Shown: positions 29,240-42,719, numbered from the stretch's first letter. The stretch: DNA of 64,000 nucleotides from Octopus sinensis (GCF_006345805.1 NC_043015.1:22630001-22694000); one strand, 5' to 3'. Program-made: numbers and translations. The notes: a model not told the origin generated them from the sequence alone.

Positions 29240-29872
29240 ATATATATAGCTGTATGTGTGTCTTTTGTATGCCTATGTGCGTAAGCATTCCCTCCTTCAT
29301 ATTCATTGTACTTGCATCACCTGACGGAAATATTCTGCTGTTAATTCGGATTTAATTACAATATTTAATCTCCTGTCAATAATTTCTGAGTCAAAATCTC
29401 ACGAGGAAAATGGACACCTAGCTTCATTACATTAATTCCTATAAGATATTAATGTTAAAATACGTGTATAAATAATAGGCGTCAATAATTTACTATCTGA
29501 CAAAGTTATCTCTTTATTCAAGGTTAAAACCAGCAAGGGAGTTCACATTTCAATACTACGGTTGTTATTTCGTAGTTGACCATTACTTAACAATAATAAA
29601 AACGCAAACAAAAATTGAAGATATCCTGAATCCATTCATACTTTATTATATTCAGCCGAATCTCAAATACTAGAGAATTAGATTTAGTGCTCAAGCACTT
29701 TTGGATTTAAATTGCAGCTGTTTAGGAACCGCGGAAATGGAGTAAATGTATTTTTCATCTTTCAAATATTAGTCAAAGCCCAAGCTACAGCAATTCATTG
29801 TCTGTGTTTCAGACATGGGTCGTAATACTGATTAACGAATGGTACAGAGTATATCAATAATTGCTTACTGAA

Positions 29873-30102
29873 GCGGTGAGCTGGCAGAAACGTCAGCACG
29901 CCGGGCAAAATGCGTAGCCGTATTTCGTCTGCCGCTACGTTCTCAGTTCAAATTCCGCCGAGGTCGACTTTGCCTTTCATACTTTCGGGGTCGATAAATT
30001 AAGTACCAGTTACGCACTGAGGCCGATGTAATCGACTTAATTCGTTTGTCTGTCCTTGTTTGTCTCCTCTATGTTTAGCCCCTTGTGGGTAATAAAGAAA
30101 CA
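29873..30102 (+). mobile_element. Full-length tRNA-derived SINE with perfect 17-bp TSD
   Basis: AATAATTGCTTACTGAA at 29856-29872 and 30103-30119. Head gcggtgagctggcagaaacg, B box GTTCAAATTCC (29946-29956). Confidence 0.92.
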
Positions 30103-30169
30103 AATAATTGCTTACTGAAAGCTTTTGAGACGTTTAGATGTGATAGCAATAGCATGGTTTTAGATATAT

Positions 30170-30201
<32 letters not shown>

Positions 30202-31331
30202 CGTAATATAAACCAAAAAAGGAAATGCACGATTATCATTAAACGTGAAATTGTGACTAACTGTACAGCGTATCACCTATATTGATAGAAATAAATGTTA
30301 ACAGATACATTTAAAAGAATATATTTATATTTCTTATTTTGTGGCTTTAATGCCTTTTAAGTCTTAATTATAGCGATATAGGTGTTGCACCGTACTGTCA
30401 GTCACAATTACTGACAGTTGAATTCATATATGTATATATATATGTATATGTATATATATATATTTTATAAGTCGTATGGTATAATATTATTGTTTTTTTA
30501 TGTAAATATCGTTGTTTATACATTATCGTAATTTTCTATATAATTATTAGATATTAACTTTAAGTTTATTCGTAATAATTTACTTAGCGATAGATATGTT
30601 GTTTGATAGCAAGTATACGAGTTGTTTTAAGTTAGATTCATGTACATACATGTATTAATAGCATTAATTGTAATTTTAAATTTTCTTATAATTATTATTT
30701 TAACTTATTGTCGTTTTAAATTGTTATTTGCTAGTTATATTATTTCCATTGATAAATATATTTATAGTATTTATTTGATACTATATAACTACGAATTGAT
30801 TATTTCTTTAAGTATTTTAACTATAAGATCTTTGAAAGTCATTTAGCCAACGAGATATAAGGATAATTAATTTGCTATACTGTTCGTTTAAGATTGTTTA
30901 TTTGAATTTTTGAAATTAGCTTTTTCATCTTTAAATATGAAAAATTAATTTATTAGGTCTTTATTATATGTGCATATATATTTATTTATAGAGATTATTT
31001 TAGATCTTAATTATAATATTTATATATATTTATATATTTTCATTGATAATTTATATATTATTTAAATTTTATATTTTAATCATATGAATAGTCATTTTTT
31101 TGTAAAATATTTATGTAATTAGATATTGACTATTACTGATATTAGATTATTGGTGGGTTTCTTACCTTAAAAATTAAAATTAATATTTAACATTGTAATC
31201 GTTGTTTTGACATAATCATAATCGTCAAGTTTCTAGTTTCATAATATAGTTTTTTATAAGAAAATTTATTATATTATTTATTTCTTAAAAAATATTGTTT
31301 AAATATATCTGATTATTTATTAAAATATTAC

Positions 31332-31440
31332 AATTAACCTGAAGATTGACTGTAACCATAATTCGAATTAGTAATTGAAATTACATTATTATTATTGTTA
31401 TTCGAATTGGTTACGGGCATGAAACGATCGTAGTGTTTTT
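31332..31440 (+). ncRNA. Type I hammerhead ribozyme motif with long stem II
   Basis: CUGAAGA (31339-31345), a ~75-nt stem II hairpin (UGUAACCA-UA-AUUCGAAU / AUUCGAAU-UGGUUACG), GAAAC (31421-31425), palindromic ACGAUCGU, and a GUA site (31430-31432). Stem I is weak. Confidence 0.7.
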
Positions 31441-31490
31441 ACTCTTTATCTTGTATTAAACTCCTAATACTTTGTGATATTTTAAAATTA

Positions 31491-31680
31491 AAAAAAAAAT
31501 AAAGAAAAAATAAAAATAAAATAAAATAAAATAAAATAAAAATAAAATAAAATAAAAATAAAATAAAAATAAAATAAAATAAAATAAAAATAAAATAAAA
31601 ATAAAATAAAATAAAAATAAATAAATAAAAATAAATAAATAAATAAATAAAATAATAATAAATATATATATATATATATT
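31491..31680. repeat. (AAAAT)n / A-rich tract
   Basis: Read directly. Confidence 0.9.
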
Positions 31681-31869
31681 TAAAATTTATAAGTTTAATT
31701 TATTAATTTACATAATTTTTAAAAGTTTTAACTTTAATTTAAACATTTTAATTGATTTTTTATTTTATATTTTATATTTTTTATATTTTTTTAATTAATT
31801 TTATTTCTATGTATTGGCTTATGATTTTCACTGTTTGATTTTCCTAATAGTGGTTTTATCTCTAATTTA

Positions 31870-31936
<67 letters not shown>

Positions 31937-32436
31937 TTATATTAAGTAAACACTACACAAAGAAGCAGTCAAATACATGCATACACACACGCTTTCATAC
32001 ACACACAAATACACGCATTTAATTTTTCCTTTAGTGTAAGACCAATAAAATGTTGTTCAAAATACACGATATATAGTAATGAGCTATTAAAAGGAGAATG
32101 GGAAAATGGAGTTAAGTACCCTTAGGCTGTAGAGTCGTCAGATTTGGTAATGTAGATGCAACACAAGCGGCTTTAAGTCTGCGATACACTTGTTCAATCC
32201 AGAAAAAGCGGGGCTCTCCAATTCTCCAAAAGAGACTTGTCTATATCTTTGCATTTGGAAAAGATTTCTACTCTGCAATTCAGCAGTTATTAAACGGTTT
32301 TTTCCCTTTTTAACACCGTCAGAAATAGCGTAATAAAATAATGTTTCATCCAGGAAAACGCGGACGGATGTATTTCACAAGGTTTCTTGCAGATTTTATC
32401 CTAATACACACTCACACAGATATATATATATAAAAG

Positions 32437-34540
32437 ATGGAACTTTACCCGTTGGATTTTTCTCAGAAAAATATACTTTTCCCTGCACAGAAGCAATATC
32501 TCAAAGGTCTTATAGAGAAAACGGAAGAGTTTGTTCGAAGATTGAGATGGAAAACCTTCTTCTTTGATACTAAACAGAAAACCGACGGAAACAAATATGG
32601 ACTTAAATCTTCCAGAAATCCACCACCTATTCCAGAATTAGAAGCCTTCGAGAAAGACCTTTTCGAACTTATTAGGAAAATTAAATTCCGTAAATATAGC
32701 AACTAATTACAGAGAAATATGAAAGAAAACTTAAGGAGATTAACAACTCGAATAAGATCTTCGTTAATTCTGATAATACAAGGAACTTATATGCACTTGA
32801 TAAGGACGTTTACAAGCGTTTAATTTCGAATAGCGTCACAGACACATACAAGAAAGATAACACAAATATATACAAAGAGGTGAATTTGGAAGCAAGAAGA
32901 ATAGCTAACAATCTTAAGATTAGCGATAGGATAGAATATCTTTCCCCACGACCAACTTTTATTACACTAAAAGATCATTAAGCTAATTTTAATAGAAACC
33001 CCAAATGTAGATTGATAAATCCGGCTAAAACTGAGATAGGCATTATTAGCAAATATATTTTGGACCGTATTTTAACTAAGTTAGATAGTGAATTAGATTT
33101 GAGAATTTGGAAAAATAGTAAGTCAGTTATAGAGTGGTTTAAAAGGATTAGCTATAAGCATAACTGCAATTTTATGCAGTTTGATATTATTGACTTTTAC
33201 CCGTCAATATCTAGGACTTTACTCCTAAGAGCATTGGACTTCGCCAAGCAGTATGCCGACATCGATAGCTCGGAAATTGATATCATCATACATGCGAGGA
33301 AATCACTTCTTTTTTTCGAGGATTCCACCTGGGTTAAATAGAGTGAAGATTCTCTTTTCGATGTACCGATGGGGGCATAAGACGGGGCTGAGTGACGTAT
33401 GCCTGTATTCTTCATAATCTAAAAATAGAATTCCCATTTATAGATGCAGGTTTATATAGGGATGACGGCCTTATAGCCACCTATAATTGAAACGGCCATG
33501 AATCAGAAAGACTTAGGAAGGAACTTATTGCTTTCTTCCAAAGGATGGGCTTACGGGTTACGATATATACTAACCTGAAAAGTGTTGATTTTTTACATGT
33601 AAATTTGAATATAAGGTCAGATAGATTTAAACCTTACCGTAAGCCTAATGACAAGCTATCGTATATTAGCAAAGAATCGAAACATCCGCCAGTTATTCTT
33701 AGGAACTTAGTCAGCAATGTAGGTAGACGAATATCGTCAATTTCTTCGGATGAGGCAGCATTCCATAATACTGCACCTTATTACGATAGCGCATTAGGAA
33801 TAGCGGATTCTCTGAGAAGATCCGGTATAACCAGCTTAATGCTAGTAGTAATGCTGCGCGCAGAACTTGGACCAGGAAAGTTTTGTGATTCAACCCACCT
33901 TTCAATTTGGCCGTAAAAACAAACATAGGTAGGAAATTCTTGAAATTAGTCTCTAGGTATTTTAAACAGGACCATAAATTTTATAGAATATTTAATAGAA
34001 GAACCCTTAAGATTAGCTATTCTTGTTGCAGGAATTTCGCCTCTTACTTTAGCCAGCACAACATGAATTTAATTGATATTAAGCATGGTACCGATCCTCT
34101 TAAAAAATGCAACTGTAAAGATGAATCCTCCTGTCCGCTGGAAGGGAAATGTTTGGTAAAAGGTGTCGTTTATAGAGCCAAGGTGGAAATAGAAGGCTCA
34201 TCTGAATATAAGACTTATACAGGGGCTTCGGAAAATTCTTTTAAAACGCGATTTTATTCGCACAAAAATTCATTTCGATACCCAGAAAATAGGAAGAAGA
34301 CCAGCCTGGAAAAATATCTGGGAACTAAAAGAAAAAGAAGCCCAACCTTTCAACGTGTCATGGAGCATTCTAGATAGAGCGGCACCATACAGGCACGGGG
34401 CACACAAGAACAATTTTAAATGCAATCTCTGTTTGTTGGAGAAATAATTCATTTTATTCAAAGACAATAATTTTTGAATCAAAGAAGCAACTTTTGAACT
34501 CATGCAGGCACGCAACCAAATTCAAAATGTCGAACATAAA
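32437..34540 (+). pseudogene. Penelope-like element ORF (RT + GIY-YIG endonuclease), disrupted by stops and frameshifts
   Basis: N-terminal LIEKTEEFVRRLRWKTFFF; RT motifs CRLINPAKTEIG, FDIIDFYPSI, DVPMGA*DGAE and GLYRDDGL (YRDD 33455-33466); linker CNC-x5-CPLEGKC; GIY-YIG VVYRAKV...YTGASENSFKTRFYSHKNSF; terminal CNLCLLEK. Confidence 0.92.
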
Positions 34541-35775
34541 TATCCTATATTGATGGCGCATATTTTGTCTTTTTGAATTTTTGATTTTTGAACTAGTCTT
34601 TAATCACACCGATTGATTTGTTTCGTGCTATGCAGGTTTCATTCCGCATAGTAAAGTCTTGTGCATATATTTTGTTTATATTCTGTTTATATTCCGATAT
34701 ATTCCTTTGGAAAAACCTTCCACTTAGTTTATTTCATTTTATTATATTGTATAGGCTCACTTTGGTAATTTAATTTATAGATAATCCAATATAGGGTGTT
34801 ATATTTTGCATGCCTTTCGTCTAAATTTTTATTATTATGCACTCAGCAAATTTTAAAAAATAATGCTGTCAGATCCTAGTCATTTTATGTGAATATGTGT
34901 ATTGGCATGAATATGTATTTGTAAGCATACGTCTATGTATATGTTTAAGTGAGCGTATGTTTGTACTTAAGCACATACATACACGAATGTATATGTATAC
35001 ATGTATCCACTTGGACTTATGTGTTTGCGTACTTGTCTCTATATATGTGTCTGTATATGTGTATTTACTACTTACATAATTTGTATACACACATTCGTCG
35101 CGTATAGTCAGAATGTTATTATTTTTCTTCTTTACTTTTATTTTTTCCTTTTCCCTTTTTTTTTTCTCTCTTCCTTTCTTTCGTTTTTTTATCTCCCTAT
35201 TCGTTACTTGTATAGAGCCCTGCAACTTTACGTCTCCCTCCCCCTCCCTTACTTACGTCTTTAGCTTACTGTTGCAAATAAGAACGCCCCTTCCCTATCC
35301 ATGAATTTTGCTTATAGTCTATATGGATACAATTGATTTTTGCATGCGAGCTAGATTGCGGATACATATGTGTACAAGCATTTGTGTGTATATTTTCGTT
35401 TTGAATTTATATGTCTGTATATGTATGTGGTCTGCGCACATCTATCTGTGCATGTTGATGTATATATGTATATTAATAGTTTAGTATGAGAATGTACTGT
35501 TGTGAAATATTTTAATATATTTTAATATTTTAATTCCAATTCCTATGTATTAAGTATATTTTCTTTATGAATGACAATATGTATTTTAACCAAAGATTCG
35601 ATTTAAAGTTTTTCCTCGACTTTTATAATTTTATGTTTTATATTGAACTAATTTTTGTTTATCGCTCGCATATGACCGTTATTTGAAAGGATCAATCAAA
35701 CAAGTCCATTTTTTAAAGGTGTAACGTTTATAGTAGTCTTCAAAGAATTGTCATATCGGTTCTATTTTAACAAAA

Positions 35776-35813
35776 CTGTCCGACGAACGGGAAAGTGAAA
35801 CTCCGAGGAACAG
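35776..35813 (+). ncRNA. Degraded minimal type I hammerhead at the PLE 3' end
   Basis: CUGU-CCGACGA-AC-GGGAAA-GU-GAAAC-UCCGA-GGA-ACAG. Stems I, II and III are recognisable; U4 and U16.1 are substituted. Confidence 0.6.
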
Positions 35814-36329
35814 GCTTTGTTGAATTTCAGCTGCTTTTAAATAAAGTATATATATATAAATATATATATATATATGTTTGTGTGTGTGTGTTTATATATA
35901 TGCGAGAGTATGTGTGTGCGTGTATACACATAAAAAACACTGCCTAAATATACAGGCAAATTACACACGCAAACTTAATGAATTTTAGCATCAAGAATTT
36001 GGTGGCCAAATATTTAACTATAATAAAAAAAAATTAATAACTGACTGTTAACGTAGATTATTATCGGTCAAATTACCTTTTGAAGGAAATGTAAGAGACC
36101 CCTGTCATATAAGGAATGAAACATGCTAAGTATATTGAACAAATGGAAATAAAGGTGTTAAATTCTGGAAAAATCGAATTTGCATTCAGGAATTTTATTT
36201 TTCTAAATGATATGCACAAAAACTTGAGCTCACGGAACTCGATTTATCGTTTCATCCTATTTAGGGACGATAAAAGAAGAAAAAGCGCAGCATTAGGTTC
36301 GATGTAATCGACTATCCTCTCCCCGGATA

Positions 36330-36665
36330 GACTCTATGCCTATCATCAAGGAGCTTGACCACAAGAAAGCTATAAATACCTGGGAATGAAACGAAGGAGA
36401 TGCGATACAACATGTAACTATGAGGGAAGAAGAGGGAAGATATACGATAGGTGTATTACAGGAGAGTAAGACTTAAAACGTAACTCAACTTCCAAAATCG
36501 CATTGAAATCCATTTTTAACATCAGTAACTGGGATTTTAGAGAGCTCCAGCACCCGGACAGGAAGACAAGGAAATTACTAACATCTAAGAACATGTACAA
36601 CCCAAATGCAGACGTTGATCATCTGTACCTACCTAGAAGTCACGGGGGAAGAGAAATGATGCTAG
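36330..36665 (+). mobile_element. R4/Dong-like LINE fragment (RT thumb region)
   Basis: Broken-frame peptides IKELD-QESYKYLGM and NWDFRELQHPDRKTRKLLTSKNMYNPNADVDHLYLPRSHGGR. Confidence 0.8.
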
Positions 36666-36937
36666 TTGACAGATTTGCTTGTTAGTTGTTTGACCTTAAC
36701 CGGTTTTGCATGTCTCTTAGTGTCTCACGATATATGCATCTCTGATCACGTGCAGAATTATTGGGGAAGCATCATATGTTGATAGTAATTCTTTGGATAT
36801 GAAATCACTGTGGCGCACGTATGGTTGTGATGCATGTGTCTGGTGTACCCTTATCAGACGGTCAGTCATAATGGGTATACTAGTCTTCGTATATTTGTAC
36901 CCCAGTGTCAGTTCGATGGCATGCACTACTCTCTCAC

Positions 36938-36984
<47 letters not shown>

Positions 36985-37040
36985 TACCGGTAGTAATAGT
37001 ATTAGCTGTTGTTATTGTTACTGTAGTAGTAGTAGTAATA

Positions 37041-37085
<45 letters not shown>
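36938..37085. repeat. (AAT)n and (AGT)n microsatellites
   Basis: Read directly. Confidence 0.9.
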
Positions 37086-38067
37086 AAGAAAAAGGAGAAC
37101 GATTGCTATATTTTTGTTAGCAGTATCGGGTTTGTGTTTGTGGGAGAAGAGAACGATGATGATGGTGATGATGGTAGTCGTGGTGGTGGTGGTGGTGATT
37201 AGGATAATGGAAAAGAAGAAAAAGAGGTAGCAGCAGAAGAATTAAATGATATTGAGGATGATGTTAATGACGATGATGATGATGATGATAATGATGATGT
37301 TACTGACGTAAACGGAAGTAAACGGACACAAAAGCAAACGAACGAAATTGACAAGAGCGAAGCTGATGAACCCTGTTTATTTTTTCGTAACTTAAAATCT
37401 TAAACTCCTTGCACATTTCAGCGATTTTAATTTCTGTTTGAAGAAACAAAATTGACGCAAAGAAAACAAATAGTGAATCTCGAAAAGGAAATTAAACTGA
37501 CCCTAAAGTTGTTATAATTTGCCTCCCGATATGTTCCAACGAAGACCAAGATGACGGTGCTACTGGTCCTTAACAACAACATCACGACAATAAAATGGCT
37601 TCTCCGGAATAGCAATTCTGGTCAAGAATATAATGGTTGAAACAAAATAAATACATAAAAACAGCATTAAAATTTGTAGTAATTTTTTTCTGTTTTCCTA
37701 TAAAAGTAGTAAATTACATTTTCGATCAACGAAATCGTGTTTTAGAATTTTTCTTTCATTCTTAACTTTGTGTCATATTAGAGAAAACAAGCTTGTCTCT
37801 ACTGTTTAAGTTAATTTAAGGACTATATTTATTTTTAGACGGTTACTATATTTACTGACATAAAAACTATGAAGTAAGAAGTGTATAAAATGCCTGGACA
37901 CAAATATCTCGACTTTTAGAACCGAAGGGCCGGTTATCCCGTTTCGGCTCCATTTTAACACCCTGCCCACAATGCCGCGTACCTTAATCAAATATTTATC
38001 ACGAATGATATTCTTAATCTACGTTGTATAATTTCTGATACATTTGCATAAAAAAAAATATATATAT

Positions 38068-38240
38068 AGGCACAGGAATAGCTGTGTGGTAAAATATTTG
38101 CTTCCAAACAGCCAGATCCAGGGTTCAACCTTAACCCAGGTTACTTCTTCTATTACAGTCTTGAGGTGATGAAACCCTTGTGTGTGGATTTGTTGGACTG
38201 AAATTGAAAGAAATCCGTGGTATAGAGCATATACAAACAT
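38068..38240 (+). mobile_element. Degenerate SINE (family of 17223-17650)
   Basis: 'ggcacaggaatagctgtgtggtaa...gggttcaacc...cttgtgtgtggatttg...aattgaaagaa'. Confidence 0.6.
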
Positions 38241-38264
38241 ACATACGTTGTGCAAATTTTGGTG

Positions 38265-38436
38265 ATGAATTCATTCTCATTATTGCTCCAAATGTTACAG
38301 TCTGATACATCTAGAGATATTGCTGTAACCCATAATCACTTTGTGGATGACCTCGAGATTTATGCTAAGAATGTTAAGAATACCAAAAATCAGTTGGAAT
38401 TAATAACAACAGTTTCACCTGACATAGGAATTGAAT
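38265..38436 (+). mobile_element. R4/Dong-like LINE fragment (RT catalytic motif)
   Basis: NHFVDDLEIYAKN...LELITTVSPDIGIEF resembles 'HLFFMDDLKLYAK...FSxDIGMEF'. Confidence 0.7.
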
Positions 38437-38460
38437 TTAACTATTTATATACACATCTCT

Positions 38461-38640
<180 letters not shown>

Positions 38641-39295
38641 ATCCACAACCAGATAGATGAGTACATTTACATGACACAAAATACATTGATATCTAAGCGA
38701 ACTGAAGCCAAAAAGCTGTACAATTACAAATGTACATGAACAACTGCTCTGTTGAAAAACCCAGTCGAGGTTAAAAACCCAATCGAGGTTTCTTAGATGT
38801 AAATTAGAAACCGGTACTTTTGCATTAGCGAAAAACCTACAGGTAGAAATATATACTAAAATATAATAAAGCATACACACCTATTTAGTCATAAATTTTA
38901 TATATTTTATAAATATATTTTCATGATTAATTAGTTATTATAGGAAAACATATTAGCGTGCTATTTCAGTGAACTAGCATTTAATAATGCGCAGTGACTG
39001 TAAAGAAGTATGAACTGTGAAAGCAATCTGCTAAAAGGACAACCCACAATCGATCGAAAAAATAACAGCCTAGCATTTCAGTATGCACATGGAGATGTGA
39101 TATTCCATTTGTATTAAGAGAAAAAGCAAATCAAAAAAATAAAAGTAATTATAAGATGTGTGATTTTCCAGACATAAAACTAATGTAATCACTCAGACGA
39201 GACATCTTGTAAAATAAAAACGATTTACATCAAACCAAATTCTCGTGAGATGTCCAATGATTTTCATAAAAAGTGCACAAGTGTAGATTTCGCTT

Positions 39296-39342
<47 letters not shown>

Positions 39343-41833
39343 GCAAAAATTTCATCCACTAATAATTACAAGAGTACCCAACCTCAAAACTATCCGTACT
39401 AGTATGTCTAATATCACATTAGTTATCTGTTGTGACATGGTGGAATATAATTTACAATTAGAGATACGTGTACATACTAAACAATTGGGAAAATGTTGCT
39501 GCTATAGAAAGATAAATTGAATCAACGTGCAGAGAACCAATGTACACGACATCAATTTCGTCCCACTGTGCGGGAAAATAAAACAGAAGGCATCCTCGAT
39601 TTCTCATGTTCCATATTCGTCCTCGTTAAAAATATGAGCATCGACTCAGTCCAACAACTTACAGTGGCATATTGATTATAGAAAGCTGAACAGTAACCCC
39701 TGATCAAGAACCAAGAGAAACCAGCCAGCCTTAATGTGCACTTTAATTCTTGTCAAAATCTGATAAACGATGAGTTGGAAATCGCTAAATCGCCTCCAGC
39801 ATAATTTCTGTGGTATACGTAAACGTATGTCAACAACTTCATTTGTAAATCCTGTTACGGGATATGGATGTAGATCATCGTCGATTCAGGTAAAATGAAT
39901 GGTGTGCGAAATGAAGGTAGAGCTGGTTTGTCTATCGCAAACACACTTTACAAAAGAATTGGTGCCTCTTCCTGCTGCTCCATTTGCTAGATTGATGGAA
40001 ATAGGTTTAGTCCACGCTATAAAGCGCAGTATATATTTTTTTAGCGACTAAGCTTCTAATTTGAGATGTTGGAGGTGTCCTATTATTCTTCACATAGAAA
40101 TGGAATACAGTGCGTTGTGAATCTCGCGATATTTTAGAACAAGCAATGTCACGCTTAGAAAATAAATCTCAATTACAATGAACAAATTCTAATAAAACTA
40201 TTAGACAAAATAATGGTTAGCTATAAAAATATGCAAAATAAAGAATATAAAATAATACTATTTGGAATAAATCTCTGGAGCCATGAATGCGCTGCTTTTC
40301 ATGAAGTAATTAACTGCCTCAATGTAACTTGTCTGAATAAACCTGTCAAAGGCTTTTTCTTATCCTCTTTTTTTAGTCCTAGATTCCGACACTAACGCAG
40401 ATCAATGTGCTTTTGATTATTATCTTTTTTTAATCATATGATATTCCTGATATTCCCCCCATCACTTTACGTAACGTATGCTTAACCGAAACATATATCA
40501 TAGACCAAACCACGAGATACACGTTGTTTGAATTCATTTCCTAAAATAACAAATACACTGTTTATCCCGTCGAGCAAAACGGTTTAATTTCAAAGATTCA
40601 ATGATACACTTACAGAAGGAACTTCAAATTATTACTTATTTTGTTACAGCCATCAGATGCGGCCATACATTAACACTGTTCTATTGATATCATTAATTGT
40701 GAGAGACTTTCTCTGAAAATATTATGATTATTGCCTTGCCGTTTAGTTCTCTTGAGAATTCGTAATGAAAATATTGTGGACAATGTCCGGAAAACGCATG
40801 GGACATCGTTTGAAATATGATTCCATTTTCTCAGAGGAAATTTACTCAAAAATCAATATTAATATCAAACAATGATGACTAACATTTTAACGAATATGAA
40901 CAGACAAACCCGATTTGTCAACATTACAAGTAAACAGAGATAAATAAAATTGTGTATTAATAGCATTAGAATGAAAAACAAATAACACAAACTTCAACTT
41001 TCAGAATTGCTAACGTAATCACTAAAATATTAAATTAATTATCCGTTAATTTTCTGTCGATGTGTTTATTTTACCTTTCCTCTATTATGTTATAAAAGCA
41101 AACTGTAAAATATTCAATAAAACTTACGTAGTTTCCAGTCAGCTATCATTGATGATTTATTTTTCTTATAGATGTGCTTTTTTTTAAATTCTGCATTTAT
41201 TTTCTCTCTGTCATTAAATTGATATTTTCTTTGACTCTACATTTTATGTGTGCCGTTTCAATTTAAACCAAAAAATAAAAAGTGACGTTCAAATATTGAT
41301 GTTTTATTTGGCAGCAAATAAAACAAAATCTATATCTATTCTGACACTAGACATCACAGTAATCCGTTCTCATTCAATTTAGATCGTCATTTATTATTTT
41401 GTGTAAATGCATTAGTTGACTCTTATGTACATCCGAATATGTCGGGGCTCAGATTATGAAGTGTTTTTCTCCAAATGCATCATGTTTGGAAATGATATTA
41501 ATTTTAATATGCAACTTTAATTCCCGAAATCACGTGTCCTATGAGATAGATTGTTGGGCTCACCATTGTTTGTCCATGGGTTCCAGTCTCCGATCGAGCT
41601 AGGAGTTGTGCCCTTGAACAAACTACTTTATTTCAGGTTGCTCCAGCAGATATAGACTTCAACCGAGACGTTCAGGGGTGATACAAAAATGTAAATTCTA
41701 GACGGTGGAATCATTCATATGATATTGTTAATACTACTGGCATTTTATTTCATAACTCTTAACATTTTCCTCTTCATGTAATATTCTTCTTCGACTACTA
41801 CAGTTGCCTCACATATTCACTACTACATATTTA

Positions 41834-41922
41834 TGCCCTTAGCTCACAAACTGCCCTAGCTCATATATTGCCCTAGCTCACATGTTGCTCTAGCGCACAT
41901 ATTCACCTAGCTCTCCACATAT
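41834..41922. repeat. ~17-bp minisatellite (TGCCCTAGCTCACATAT) x5
   Basis: Units start at 41834, 41852, 41869, 41886 and 41903 with progressive divergence. Confidence 0.85.
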
Positions 41923-42719
41923 CAAAAAATTTGCTTTGCCACATATTAGATTGCATGGTATGGTTTGACAAATTAATTTTTTCCTATCAAACCTTTTGTG
42001 ATTGCACATGGTACTTACGTACATAAGTAAATTGAATCAACACCTATGATTTAATATATACATATAAACTCTACACCATATTATGAGTCAGAAAACTGAC
42101 ATGTTCGTTCTTGAAAACTGGACATATTCGGATTCGGCACCTTTGATTGCCCATAACTCAGACCAGATCATACTTGAACCATGAAACAACATTTATTGAC
42201 CATATATATTCCTTTTTTTTTTTTGGCGACAGAATGTCCCCGAAATACTTCGAATTTTATCTCAGATTTGCTTGAACATATGTCTGTCTTATCAAAAGAC
42301 TATGAAACTTCGGATAAATAATGCCGATGTTATTCCATTTGGATAGCGCTGACATGTAGGACTTTCGAAAGGGATTTCATGTGTATGGTATCAAATGTTA
42401 TGGGGAATTTGATGTGATCAATAGGCATTTTGATGTTGAATTCAATTGATTTTTCTATTAAATGTTAACAGGAATGTTTGTTCTATTGTGCCACTTCCAA
42501 GCTGGAAGCAGTAAGAATCAAACGAAAACTGATGTATGAGTACTTTTGTGTATACGTAAACACAGACTCATATAGATGCACAACAGAAGTAAAAGGAACT
42601 TTAATAATATGGTATAGAGTTAATATGTATTGATATATTAAACCATAGGTGTTGATTCAGTCATTTCTTCTATTATCATCTAGATTACTTCTCAGATGCC
42701 CTAGGACAGTACCACTTAA

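Larger units (their letters stand above)
30420..31870 (+). mobile_element. Extremely AT-rich Penelope-type pseudo-LTR region, homologous to ~19915-20100 (-)
   Basis: Contains the hammerhead at 31332-31440. Downstream 'tatgtattggctta...ttcactgtttgattttcctaat' (~31809-31848) matches the reverse complement of ~19925-19966 behind the 20 kb hammerhead. Confidence 0.55.
32300..35850 (+). mobile_element. Penelope-like retroelement (probably Naiad/Neptune-type) with 3' pseudo-LTR
   Basis: The ORF above is followed by a ~1.3-kb pyrimidine-rich 3' region, a hammerhead relic at 35776-35813, 'aataaa' and a (TA)n tail. Clade assignment is inferred from the YRDD and Cys-linker motifs. Confidence 0.8.

Noticed and set aside
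33385-33400. In-frame TGA after DGAE as possible selenocysteine (reported in some Naiad PLEs)
   Set aside because: It lies at a deletion/frameshift; the other conserved Cys codons are TGC/TGT and I identified no SECIS.
38755-38790. 18-bp tandem duplication AAAAACCCA(G/A)TCGAGGTT
   Set aside because: Ordinary slippage duplication with no further structure.
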